DNA from: Saprospiraceae bacterium
GTDB lineage: Bacteria > Bacteroidota > Bacteroidia > Chitinophagales > Saprospiraceae
NCBI GenBank assembly: GCA_041748995.1
Contig: JBGTCB010000415.1
Location: forward strand, 1-30,025
DNA length: 30,025 nt
Direction: 5' to 3'
A program made the translations under genes and the position numbers. Below are positions 17,929-27,405 of this stretch, in pieces (the first letter of the stretch is position 1; each line of letters starts with the position of its first letter). Below the pieces are notes generated by a model. It worked only from the letters and a program-made list of their open reading frames with translations. It had not been told where the DNA came from and ran no database searches.

Positions 17929-19347
17929 ATGAGAAATTTTTTCACTTTAATTTTAGCGCTGATGTTGGGAATCTCGGTTCCCTCAGGTTTACAAGCCGAA
18001 GTATACAACGATGACTGGACCTGTTATACGTCCAACAACTACAAAGGCAGCAAGAAAATGATGCAGCCAGGAGAATACGATAATTGTTCTAATTGGAATT
18101 ATTATTCATGGAAATCCAATGGTTGTATTAAATTTTACTACTACTATAAGGATGGGAAAAAAGGAGATAAAGTATTATGTGGTGATGTACAGGATCTCAA
18201 GAATGAAATGAGGAAATGGGGTAATCTTAAATATGGCTATCAGGGGGGATGGAAAAACGTCTATAAGGCCGTATTTTATTATGAGGGTGGCAATAACCAA
18301 ACGGCAGGTAATAATAATAATAATGGTAACTATAATGATATCTTAAAGCAAGGTCATTGTGTTGCATGGAAGGGTAGCAATTATGCTGAGGATTACACGG
18401 GATACCAGCCAGGTAAAAAATACTATCCAAAGAATCTCAAATACAAATTTTGGAGCCTCCATTGTCCCGACAATTATGAAGTCTATTGGGTTTATAAGTC
18501 TAAGAGTGGTAAGAATGAAGAATATACCTGTGACGGAAAAATTTCTGACCTCAAATCTCACTTCTATAAATGGAATGTTCAGAATAAAAACAATGCCTGG
18601 GATTACGTTCAGTATTTTGAAATTCGAAAAAAGGGAATGGGTGGAAACAACCAAACAGCAGGGAACAATAATGGCAACTATAATGATATCCTGAAGAAAG
18701 GTCACTTTGTTGCATGGAAGGGCAGCAACTATGCTGAGGATTACACGGGCTACCAGCCGGGTAAAAAATACTACCCAAAAGATCTTAAATACAAATTTTG
18801 GAGCCTCCATTGTCCCGATGGTTATGAAGTCTATTGGGTTTACAAGTCCAAGAACGGCAAGAATGAAGAATATACCTGTTGTGGAAAAATTTCTGACCTC
18901 AAATCTCACTTCTATAAATGGAATGTTCAGAATAAAAACAATGCCTGGGATTACGTTCAATACTTTGAAATCCGCAAAAAAGGAATGGGTGGCAATAATT
19001 ATGGCAAAGACGAAGCTTATAAAGATAAGGACTGGTATAATAAGTACAAAACCGGAGGTTATATCGTATTCACTCAGTACCAGTATTTTGATGGTAAATA
19101 TGCTGCTAAAGCGCCCGGTGACTATAACGATAAAAAATTGGGTTTCTACCCTCGGTCCATTTTCATTCCTAACTACTCTATTTACCTGGTTTTGGAATAC
19201 AAAGGCAAAGATGGTAAAACCAAAAGTACTACACTGAAAGAGAGTGTAGCAGATCTCGGTAAACTACTTTATGATTATGGCGTGCATAAAGATTATGATA
19301 AAGATCCCTATAAAGCGATTACCCGGCTGGCGGTAATCAGGCAGTAG
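17929..19347 (+). CDS. Exported Tyr/Lys-rich protein with four divergent beta/gamma-crystallin-like domains
   Basis: Signal peptide ending LQA; four units with (N/Y)(Y/F)xG..PG.Y, then S.x.P..Y.V..Y, then (G)D/K-V/I-x-DL, resembling paired Greek-key motifs; own promoter and terminator. Confidence 0.6.
   Translation: MRNFFTLILALMLGISVPSGLQAEVYNDDWTCYTSNNYKGSKKMMQPGEYDNCSNWNYYSWKSNGCIKFYYYYKDGKKGDKVLCGDVQDLKNEMRKWGNLKYGYQGGWKNVYKAVFYYEGGNNQTAGNNNNNGNYNDILKQGHCVAWKGSNYAEDYTGYQPGKKYYPKNLKYKFWSLHCPDNYEVYWVYKSKSGKNEEYTCDGKISDLKSHFYKWNVQNKNNAWDYVQYFEIRKKGMGGNNQTAGNNNGNYNDILKKGHFVAWKGSNYAEDYTGYQPGKKYYPKDLKYKFWSLHCPDGYEVYWVYKSKNGKNEEYTCCGKISDLKSHFYKWNVQNKNNAWDYVQYFEIRKKGMGGNNYGKDEAYKDKDWYNKYKTGGYIVFTQYQYFDGKYAAKAPGDYNDKKLGFYPRSIFIPNYSIYLVLEYKGKDGKTKSTTLKESVADLGKLLYDYGVHKDYDKDPYKAITRLAVIRQ
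18287..18999 (+). repeat. Tandem 348-bp (116-aa) duplication; (AAT)5 tract at 18310-18324
   Basis: aactataatgatatc at 18328/18676, ggagcctccattgtccc at 18452/18800, ggaatgggtgg at 18634/18982. Confidence 0.95.
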
Positions 19348-19369
19348 AAATTCAGATTTCTTTCACCAC

Positions 19370-19401
19370 AAAGGAGCCTCTATTCGAGAGCTCCTTTTTT
19401 T
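19370..19401 (+). terminator. Intrinsic terminator
   Basis: aaaggagc-ctc..gag-a-gctcc followed by T7. Confidence 0.85.
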
Positions 19402-19454
19402 GTGTCCGGCAATCTGCAGGTAATTCGGTAACTTTAAAAGAAAATCATCGGATC

Positions 19455-20486
19455 ATGAGAATATTGCTTGTCTGTTGTATTTTATTATCCATTGGTGCCT
19501 GTCAATCCAGGTCAGATAAAAAAGCAACCACCGGTGAGGTTTCGACACCTCAATCAACTTTTGGAAGTATCGAAAGACTACAACCCGAACTCGATGAACT
19601 TATTCCTCCCACATCAGCCATTGAAGTACTTTCAGAAGGTTATGAATGGACGGAAGGACCGGTCTGGGTGCCTTCTGAAAACATGTTGTTATTTAGTGAT
19701 ATTCCACCCAATTCGATTTTCAAATGGAAGGAAGGAGAGGGAGCAAGCTTGTTTCTTAAACCTGCCGGATATACAGGTGAAATAGAGCGCGTAGGTGAGC
19801 CCGGATCAAATGGATTAGTGCTGGACGGTCAGGGAAGATTGGTGCTATGTCAGCATGGTGATCGAAGGATGGCTCGCCTGGTCAGTGATTTAAAGAATCC
19901 GGAGCCAAAGTATGAAACAATTGTCAGCCATTATCAGGGCAAAAGGTTTAATAGTCCAAATGATGCTGTTTATAGCCGATCGGGTGATCTCTACTTTACC
20001 GATCCTCCGTATGGACTGGAAGGCAATGTTAATGATCCGGCTAAAGAAATTCCTTTTCAGGGGGTCTATCGACTCAAAGCAGGAGCAAGTGAAGCAGAAT
20101 TATTACTGGATTCTCTCACCCGACCGAATGGCATCGCCCTCTCTCCCAATGAAAATAAGCTCTATATCGCTAACAGTGATCAGCAGAAAGCCCTTTGGAT
20201 GGAATATACTCTTCAAGGAGATCAGCTTATTGATGGCAAAGTTTTTTATGATGCGACTTCCCTGGTCGGTACCGAAAAAGGTCTCCCTGACGGGCTTAAG
20301 ATCCATAGCTCCGGTGCAGTCTTTGCTACCGGTCCGGGAGGAGTCTGGATTTTTAATAGCGAGGGCAAGGTTCTTGGAAAGATTCGGACAGGTGAAGCTA
20401 CTGCCAACTGTGCTTTTGATGACCAGGAAAACTATCTGTACATCACAGCAGATATGTATTTATTGAGAGTCCGTACACAGGGATAA
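19455..20486 (+). CDS. SMP-30/gluconolactonase/LRE family lipoprotein
   Basis: Lipobox SIGAC; WTEGPVW, LLFSDIP, GSNGL, FNSPND, YFTDPPYG, PNGIALSP, GLPDGL. Confidence 0.93.
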   Translation: MRILLVCCILLSIGACQSRSDKKATTGEVSTPQSTFGSIERLQPELDELIPPTSAIEVLSEGYEWTEGPVWVPSENMLLFSDIPPNSIFKWKEGEGASLFLKPAGYTGEIERVGEPGSNGLVLDGQGRLVLCQHGDRRMARLVSDLKNPEPKYETIVSHYQGKRFNSPNDAVYSRSGDLYFTDPPYGLEGNVNDPAKEIPFQGVYRLKAGASEAELLLDSLTRPNGIALSPNENKLYIANSDQQKALWMEYTLQGDQLIDGKVFYDATSLVGTEKGLPDGLKIHSSGAVFATGPGGVWIFNSEGKVLGKIRTGEATANCAFDDQENYLYITADMYLLRVRTQG

Positions 20487-20650
20487 TGGACCTGTCTATT
20501 AAATAATTTATTGATCCTGGCCCGCAATGTTTACCATCGAAAAATAATTATTGCAGGTATTATTACCTGAAAAAATACTTGTTCATTTTTCGGTTGATCA
20601 TATGGCCCCAGTAATGCAATTTGCAGATCAAATTTAAAACTTTGATTAAA

Positions 20651-21706
20651 ATGCAAGCTCTCTTACCGAAAATCGATGTGATGTATCAGGCACTGGTTCA
20701 AAAGGACAGCTCCTATGAAGGTATCTTTTATGTAGGAGTAAAGACTACCGGCATTTTCTGCCGTCCTACCTGTACCGCACGAAAACCTAAAAAATTTAAT
20801 ACAGAATATTTTAGCAGTACAAAACAAGCACTGGATTCTGGTTATCGGGCCTGCAAGATCTGCCAACCTATGCAAAGTCCAGGTGCTAGTGAGGAATGGG
20901 TAAAAAACCTTCTCCTGGAAATGCACGATTCACCGACACATAAACTCAAAGACTATGATTTGCGCAGGAGAAATCTTGATCCTGTGAAGGTACGGCGATG
21001 GTTTCTAAAGCACCATGGTATGACGTTTCATGCTTATCAACGTTTCGTTCGTCTTAATCATGCCTTTGGCAGATTGCAGGAAGGTGATAAAATTACCACC
21101 ACGGCTTATGATTCCGGTTATGAGTCTTTAAGTGGATTTACCAGCGCTTTTAAAAAGACATTAGGATTTTCTCCCAGTAAAAGCGAACAGCAACAAATCA
21201 TCACAGTTACAAGAATAAACACACCACTGGGACCTCTTATGGCTGGTGCGGTCGACCAGGGTATCTGCCTGTTGGAATTTACCGACCGGCGTATGCTGGA
21301 GACTCAGATCAGGAAATTAAAGAATTATTTTAAAGCTGAATTTGTTCCAGGTATCAATGATCATCTCAAATCCCTGATCCACCAACTCAGCGAATATTTT
21401 GAGGGTAGGCAGAAGTCCTTTCATCTGCCTTTGGTTTTACCCGGTACAGAATTTCAAAAAAAAGTCTGGAGCCAATTAATGGAGATCCCTTTGGGCACAA
21501 CCCGTTCTTATGCGGAACAGGCCCGGTTATGTGGTAACCCCGGGGCAGTGCGGGCAGTAGCCAAAGCAAATGGTGACAACCGAATTGCGATTATTATACC
21601 TTGTCATCGCGTCATCGGCACCGATGGATCAATGACTGGGTATGGGGGTGGTATTTGGAGAAAGAAGTGGTTACTACAACATGAGCTTCGGATGGCGAAT
21701 AGTTAA
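20651..21706 (+). CDS. ada: Bifunctional Ada regulator / methylated-DNA-protein-cysteine methyltransferase
   Basis: Zn motif GIFCRPTC..RACKIC, AraC HTH (AYDSGYESLSGFTSAFKK) and active site IIPCHRVIG. ATG 20651 preferred over TTG 20621. Confidence 0.93.
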   Translation: MQALLPKIDVMYQALVQKDSSYEGIFYVGVKTTGIFCRPTCTARKPKKFNTEYFSSTKQALDSGYRACKICQPMQSPGASEEWVKNLLLEMHDSPTHKLKDYDLRRRNLDPVKVRRWFLKHHGMTFHAYQRFVRLNHAFGRLQEGDKITTTAYDSGYESLSGFTSAFKKTLGFSPSKSEQQQIITVTRINTPLGPLMAGAVDQGICLLEFTDRRMLETQIRKLKNYFKAEFVPGINDHLKSLIHQLSEYFEGRQKSFHLPLVLPGTEFQKKVWSQLMEIPLGTTRSYAEQARLCGNPGAVRAVAKANGDNRIAIIIPCHRVIGTDGSMTGYGGGIWRKKWLLQHELRMANS

Positions 21707-21812
21707 AAAAGGTTAAAAAGTACTGATTGAGACCGAATTCCAAATAAAATCGGGAAAAATCAAACTAGTCATACGGGTCATGCGTTAAATCAGCGAAATA
21801 AAAATATAACGT

Positions 21813-22538
21813 ATGAAATTTTTAGCCATAGTCATTGCCAGTTTGTTAATCATACCTTCCGGATATGCCCAAAAATTAGGGGACCTGGTAAACAAAGCTA
21901 AAAAAGCAATTTCCGGAGAAGGCCTGTCTGATGATGATATGGGTATGGGTCTTAAGGAAGCGCTGAACATTGGCACGAGTGAAGCTGTCGATTTCCTGTC
22001 AGCTGAAGACGGGTTCTATAAATCGGTATATAAAATTGCTTTGCCCGAAGAAGCCCAGCAAATTGTGAGCAAAATCTCTCAACTACCCGGATTTGGTGAT
22101 TTTGAGACCAAATTGATTGAACGTATGAATCGTGCCGCTGAGCTCGCAGCAGCTAAAGCTAAACCAATATTTCTCTCAGCAATCAAGGGCTTGACTTTTA
22201 AGGATGTGACTAATATTTTAATGGGTGAAAAAGATGCCGCTACACGATACCTTGAGCGTACCACTCAACAACAACTATATGATGAATTCAGACCGGTGAT
22301 TGCTGCTGCTCTTGATGAGGTTAATGCCCGCAGTCTCTGGAAAGATGGAGTGACGGCATACAATAAAATTCCATTAGTCAAAAAGACCAATCCAGATTTA
22401 GATGACCACGTAACCAACCGGGCATTGTTTGGTGCATTTAGCCTGATTGAGAAAAAAGAAGAAGGCATTCGAACAGACGTAAGCCAGCGATCCTCTGATT
22501 TGCTTCGAAAAGTATTTGCCAAGCAGGACAATTCGTAG
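21813..22538 (+). CDS. DUF4197 family protein
   Basis: GLKEAL..G, MNRAAE.A, PIFLSAIK, ATRYLE, C-terminal EEGIRTD..RSSDLLRKVF. Confidence 0.92.
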   Translation: MKFLAIVIASLLIIPSGYAQKLGDLVNKAKKAISGEGLSDDDMGMGLKEALNIGTSEAVDFLSAEDGFYKSVYKIALPEEAQQIVSKISQLPGFGDFETKLIERMNRAAELAAAKAKPIFLSAIKGLTFKDVTNILMGEKDAATRYLERTTQQQLYDEFRPVIAAALDEVNARSLWKDGVTAYNKIPLVKKTNPDLDDHVTNRALFGAFSLIEKKEEGIRTDVSQRSSDLLRKVFAKQDNS

Positions 22539-22690
22539 CCTTCGTATAGTCCCTGATTGCGGATGTAGCATCCTTCAATTTGCTCATGTTATTTTGGCAC
22601 GAACAATTGCTGCCTTGGCGTTATTATTGCTGAACTGCAAATAGAGGAACAAAACCGTACTAACCGGAAACTCTCAAAAAAGGATTTTCA

Positions 22691-25600
22691 ATGATTCGAG
22701 ATATTACACTGAGTTTTTTTCTTATCCTTTCACCATTTATCCTTTCATCTCAGGAGGAGGCCATGAGAGTTGAGCGGGCATCGGCAATCAACCCTGATGC
22801 TCCTGTTTATAATATTCATGTTGATCAGAATGGTGAGAAATGGGTGAGTAATTCAGAGGGCCTTTGGCAGGTGCACGCGGCGGATCTTGCCTCACCTGTC
22901 ATTCTGGGAAGTGCAGAGGAGTCTCTTTTACAATTCCCCAATGGAAATAAAGACCTGAGATGGCTAAAAGGTAAGGTCAACGAAGAACTGGGTGGTATCA
23001 TCACCGGATCAAACAAGATCAGTGCGGCTTTTTATAATGAGATTCAAGACCACCTCTGGATCGGAACTTCGGAGTCGGGAGTATTCTTATTCCGTACCCA
23101 ACCACAGTTGAAAGTTATCAAAGAAATTCATAAACGGATGCCCAAGCTACGTTCAAATAAGATCAATATGATCTATGTAGATGGCAACGACGATCGTCAT
23201 TTCATGGGTACTGACGAAGGCGTGATTGTGGGTCGGGATGGAAACTGGGGTCTCGAGGAACGGTATTTCCAGTTTCAGGCAGTAGCTAACCGGGGTAAAG
23301 AAGTTTGGTTACTCGCCGAAGACCTGATCTGGGTGATCAACGAAAAAGAAGAATGGAGAAGTCTGGAAGTTGATCCGGAATATATACGCGGGGTGATTAA
23401 GGACATTGCTTTTGACCGGGAAGGTAAGTTATGGATCGCCTCCGAATACCTAACTGTCTTTCATGTAGACAGTAACAGGTACAGGGTTTTCGATGGTGCT
23501 GACTATTTTACGAGCAGTGATGTAAATTGTCTGGCAGTTGATCCGGAGGGTGCGGTATGGGTAGGAACTCAGGATAAAGGTTTATATGTGATCGAAAAAG
23601 AATCCGCGATGACCGTTACCTGTCTGGTCGACAATCAACTTTCCTGCGATCCCCTGGTCAATGATGCCTCATTGATTGTTAAAATCAATGGTGGCCAACC
23701 ACCCTATACCTATCAATGGGATCAGGGACTATCTGGTGAAAATCCGAAAAATCTGACGGTTGGTACGTATACCGTTACCGTCACCGACAGCAAGGGCCAA
23801 TCAAAACCGGCAGAAGGAGTCATTCCCGATTCCCGGCTTAAGCTCACTGTAGTACAGAACCGACCACATGATGAAGAAAAAAGAGGCGGAGCTACGGCAA
23901 CCGTTGAAGGAGGAAAACCAAAATATACATTTTTGTGGGACAATGGTGAGAATGGTCCGACTGCTGAACGATTGGAGGCAGGAACTCACCAGGTAACCGT
24001 CACCGATGTCAATGGCTGCAAAGCTGAAGCCTCGGTAGAAATCACCCGTGATGCTGCCATTTTAGCCGCTGGCATCGAAAGAGTTGGAGTGGACAAATGT
24101 GCCCAAAGTGAAGTGCATGCACTGCAGTTAAAGATTAATGGAGGAATCGAACCCTATTCGGTTGCCTGGAGTGATCCGGCAATTAATGGAACGGAAGCCA
24201 GCGATCTAAAACCAGGTACTTACTTTGCCACTATTACTGATGCTGCAAAAAATACGACCCAGGCTTCCATTAATCTGGATAAGATTGAATTAATGAAGGC
24301 CGATGCCTCCCAACGGAAAGCGGCTGACCCCGATGGAACGAAAGGATCTGCAATGGTCGATGTAAGCGGTCATACCGGAAGGTTGAAATATCAATGGGAT
24401 AATGGCGAATCTAGTGCACAGGCACAAGACCTTTCTCCAGGCATGCACAGTGTCACAGTAACCGATCAAAATGGCTGCAGTACTACCGCTATGGTCGAAA
24501 TTGCTCAGGAAGCCGCTCCTTTGGTGGCCACCATTGTACGTGTAGGAGACGACATTTGTGCCCAAAGTACCGTCCACAGTATTGAATTGAATATCAGTGG
24601 TGGTATGGAACCATACACGATAGCCTGGAGTGATCCGGTTATCAGTGGCACCACCGCTTCTGATCTTCAACCCGGAGTCTACACGGGTACTGTCACAGAT
24701 GATGCTGGCAATACGGTACAAAGTACTATCAATCTTAGCGAAATAGTCTTGATGCAAGCAACTGCATCACAACTAAAAGCAGCCGATCTGGACGGAAGCG
24801 GAGGATCCGCTATGGTGGAAGTAACCGGTAGTACCGGCAGACTGAAATATCAGTGGGACAATGGCGAATCAAAGGCAAGGGCTCAGGAGCTGACAGCGGG
24901 AACTCATAGTGTCACCGTGACAGATCAAAATGGATGTACTACAAATGCCACCGTTGAAATCACCCGGGAAATCGCCGATCTGGCAGTGTCCATTGAAGCG
25001 ATCTCAAAAAGCAAATGTGCCGGTGATGGTCAAAATAGTATACGGGCCAATGTCGGTGGGGGAATAGGGCCATATAGCTATCAGTGGAATGATCAAAATT
25101 TACAGGGTGAATCTGTAACACAATTGGCAGGTGGAGTCTATTCTTTGACCGTCACAGACAGCCGGGGTGAATCAGCTACTGCATCCGTAAATATTGAAAC
25201 CATTAAAGCACTTGAGATTGAGACTTCAGTGCATGCCGATGCGACAGCCAACAATAGTGATGGTCGGGCCTCAGTGAGGGCTACAGGAGGTACTGGTGAC
25301 TATTCGTACTCCTGGAGTAATGGAGAGAAAACCCGGGAAGCTAATTTGCTGGCACCTGGCAACCATACGGTCACAGTGACTGATCAGGCGGGGTGTACTT
25401 CGACAGCCGAGGTGCAAATCAATGAAAACATTTCGGAAATGTCGGTGGTCCTTAACCTGACCCAAACCCTAAAATGTAAGGATGACAACGATGCTACAGT
25501 AGAAACATTGGTAAGAGGAGGTAAAAGCCCTTTTGCTTTTACCTGGAGTGACACCTCTCTACAGGGTGAAAAAGCAACGGGACTGGGAGCCGGAACATAT

Positions 25601-26284
25601 GCGATCACGGTATCGGATGCTGCTGGAAATATCGCCACTGCCAGTGTGGATTTAATTGAACCCGAGCCTTTGACGGCAGAAGTAATAGAAGAACGAGGGG
25701 TCACTGACCAGGCAAGTAAGGATGGTTGGGCACAGGTTAAAGCCACAGGTGGGACTGGAGCGTACACGTATTTGTGGGACAATGGACAAACGAGTGATAA
25801 AGCAGTGAACCTGGCGTTAGGTGAACATCAGGTAACTGTAACCGATGGTAATGGGTGTGAGGTTATGGTGCTTGTTGAGACAAAAGAAAAGATTCTGCCA
25901 CAGTTGTCTCTCAGCAAATTAAGGAGTGGAGAGGTTGTACAGATGCAAATGCTACAGTTTGATGCGGATAGTACGAATCTCAACCAAACTGCAGAACCTA
26001 TTCTTGACGAGGTCTATGAATTCCTCAAAGACAACCCCGGTGTTGTCATTCGCATTGAAGGACATACAAACAATGTACCTCCAGATGAATTTTGTGACAA
26101 ACTTTCTACAGCACGGGCAAAATCCGTTGCCGAATACATCGTGCAACGAGGTGTTGCTGGAGAAAGAGTCTATTATCGGGGTTATGGTAAACGACAACCC
26201 ATCTATTCAAATCTTACACCGGAAGGCCGGAGGAAAAACCAGCGGGTAGAAATCAAGATTCTCAATATTGGAGAAGATGGCTAA
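22691..26284 (+). CDS. Beta-propeller + ten SprB-like repeats + C-terminal OmpA-like peptidoglycan-binding domain
   Basis: SPI signal; LWIGT..GV, IAFDREGKLWI and LAVDPEGAVWVGT blades; ten GG..PY...W..L..G...VTVTD repeats; IEGHTN..LS.ARA.SV..GYGK..NQRVEI. Confidence 0.9.
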   Translation: MIRDITLSFFLILSPFILSSQEEAMRVERASAINPDAPVYNIHVDQNGEKWVSNSEGLWQVHAADLASPVILGSAEESLLQFPNGNKDLRWLKGKVNEELGGIITGSNKISAAFYNEIQDHLWIGTSESGVFLFRTQPQLKVIKEIHKRMPKLRSNKINMIYVDGNDDRHFMGTDEGVIVGRDGNWGLEERYFQFQAVANRGKEVWLLAEDLIWVINEKEEWRSLEVDPEYIRGVIKDIAFDREGKLWIASEYLTVFHVDSNRYRVFDGADYFTSSDVNCLAVDPEGAVWVGTQDKGLYVIEKESAMTVTCLVDNQLSCDPLVNDASLIVKINGGQPPYTYQWDQGLSGENPKNLTVGTYTVTVTDSKGQSKPAEGVIPDSRLKLTVVQNRPHDEEKRGGATATVEGGKPKYTFLWDNGENGPTAERLEAGTHQVTVTDVNGCKAEASVEITRDAAILAAGIERVGVDKCAQSEVHALQLKINGGIEPYSVAWSDPAINGTEASDLKPGTYFATITDAAKNTTQASINLDKIELMKADASQRKAADPDGTKGSAMVDVSGHTGRLKYQWDNGESSAQAQDLSPGMHSVTVTDQNGCSTTAMVEIAQEAAPLVATIVRVGDDICAQSTVHSIELNISGGMEPYTIAWSDPVISGTTASDLQPGVYTGTVTDDAGNTVQSTINLSEIVLMQATASQLKAADLDGSGGSAMVEVTGSTGRLKYQWDNGESKARAQELTAGTHSVTVTDQNGCTTNATVEITREIADLAVSIEAISKSKCAGDGQNSIRANVGGGIGPYSYQWNDQNLQGESVTQLAGGVYSLTVTDSRGESATASVNIETIKALEIETSVHADATANNSDGRASVRATGGTGDYSYSWSNGEKTREANLLAPGNHTVTVTDQAGCTSTAEVQINENISEMSVVLNLTQTLKCKDDNDATVETLVRGGKSPFAFTWSDTSLQGEKATGLGAGTYAITVSDAAGNIATASVDLIEPEPLTAEVIEERGVTDQASKDGWAQVKATGGTGAYTYLWDNGQTSDKAVNLALGEHQVTVTDGNGCEVMVLVETKEKILPQLSLSKLRSGEVVQMQMLQFDADSTNLNQTAEPILDEVYEFLKDNPGVVIRIEGHTNNVPPDEFCDKLSTARAKSVAEYIVQRGVAGERVYYRGYGKRQPIYSNLTPEGRRKNQRVEIKILNIGEDG
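24060..24975 (+). repeat. Diverged tandem 459-bp duplication within the OmpA-domain protein
   Basis: tgtgcccaaagt at 24098/24557; gaaatatca.tggga.aatggcgaatc at 24385/24844. Confidence 0.85.
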
Positions 26285-26317
26285 CCGATAAGACTCCACT
26301 ACACCTCAAACCTTCTT

Positions 26318-27028
26318 CTACTCCAGGGTCGATCTTCGACTCCAGACTTCGTACATAGCATCTCCCCGGCTGCTTTTGCCCGAATGATGCCAGGCACCTT
26401 CCTCCAACTGGAAGTCAAAGGGTAATGAAGCGCCTACCCTGGTGTTATCGCGGGAGAAAAAGTCTATATTTTCAGTATACTTTCCATCTACAGTAGTATA
26501 AGTACCACCTCCGGTGCCGGAGAATTCCTTCGTTTCTGTGTTATAGGCAATCCATTGAAACCTGGTTCCTGAAAGAATCTTCATGGTTTTTCTTGGGCCC
26601 ATCTGCCGGGTTTGCAGCTCACCGTTACCACCCTGTTTTCGTCCGGTCATTAACCAGGCATCGAATAACGCACCCGGAGTACCATCGTCTATACGAGTCC
26701 AGGTATTCCCATCGGCGATCATTTTATCACCGGTCACCATCAGGTCAATCTCTCCTCCGCTTCCTACATTTGAAACATCCCGGGAATCAAATTCAATAGT
26801 AACACTTACCTGATTACCGCCTAGTTTCTTCCAGCTGCCACCAAAGGTCCCGACAAACAATTCCGGTTTAAAGTAGGAAACTGAAAAATAATCATCCGTG
26901 ATAATCGAGACGACTTTTGTTTCGCCTTCCATGCGTTGCCAGGCACCGGTAATGCCAGGTTGCGAATAAACCCAGGAAGAGAACAAACTGAAAAATAGCA
27001 CGGAAAGATTTCTAAATAATGGATTCAT
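26318..27028 (-). CDS. Secreted hypothetical protein with two related beta-rich halves
   Basis: Signal peptide; GAW..FVGTFGGSW and DAW..FSGTGGGTY halves; RKTMKILSGTRFQWIAYN resembles a conserved Bacteroidota hypothetical family. Confidence 0.8.
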   Translation of the reverse strand: MNPLFRNLSVLFFSLFSSWVYSQPGITGAWQRMEGETKVVSIITDDYFSVSYFKPELFVGTFGGSWKKLGGNQVSVTIEFDSRDVSNVGSGGEIDLMVTGDKMIADGNTWTRIDDGTPGALFDAWLMTGRKQGGNGELQTRQMGPRKTMKILSGTRFQWIAYNTETKEFSGTGGGTYTTVDGKYTENIDFFSRDNTRVGASLPFDFQLEEGAWHHSGKSSRGDAMYEVWSRRSTLE

Positions 27029-27147
27029 AATCTGAATAGTTTATGTTTCGAAGATCGTATTTCTTTTCTAAAATTTCCATTCCGGATTTACTAGACAGTT
27101 ATTTTTCCCCAAACTCCTCCCAAACTTTTATAGTCGGGAAAATGTTC

Positions 27148-27155
27148 TATATTTG
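27148..27155 (+). promoter_or_regulatory. -7 promoter element for tRNA-Met
   Basis: TATATTTG about 95 nt upstream of the tRNA. Confidence 0.65.
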
Positions 27156-27249
27156 CCATCCCTAAAGAAAGTTATTGGGGATATCCGCTTTTTGAACGGA
27201 ATTAGGACGTCAGTCTGAAATATCATCAATTCGAGGAAGTAAGATACAT

Positions 27250-27322
<73 letters not shown>

Positions 27323-27327
27323 CTTAG

Positions 27328-27357
27328 AAAGGTCAGTACATGTGCTGACCTTTTTTT
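27328..27357 (+). terminator. Intrinsic terminator after the tRNA (possibly bidirectional)
   Basis: aaaggtcagta..tgctgacc followed by T7. Confidence 0.85.
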
Positions 27358-27405
27358 ATTTTCCTGAGATAATTTCTCAGAGGATGTTCCCTTAGGCAGT
27401 CTGTG

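Noticed and set aside
14771..18999. Repeats as CRISPR arrays or DGR template/variable repeats
   Set aside because: They are in-frame coding duplications without spacers, the differences are not adenine-specific, and there is no reverse transcriptase or cas gene in the window.
18343..19237. Long alternative-frame and antisense ORFs (205, 111 and 176 aa)
   Set aside because: Shadows of the biased, duplicated 17929-19347 gene. The same applies to the many short ORFs nested in other genes.
22595..22610. Sigma-54-like TGGCAC..TTGC upstream of the SprB-OmpA gene
   Set aside because: GG-to-GC spacing is 11 nt instead of the required 10.
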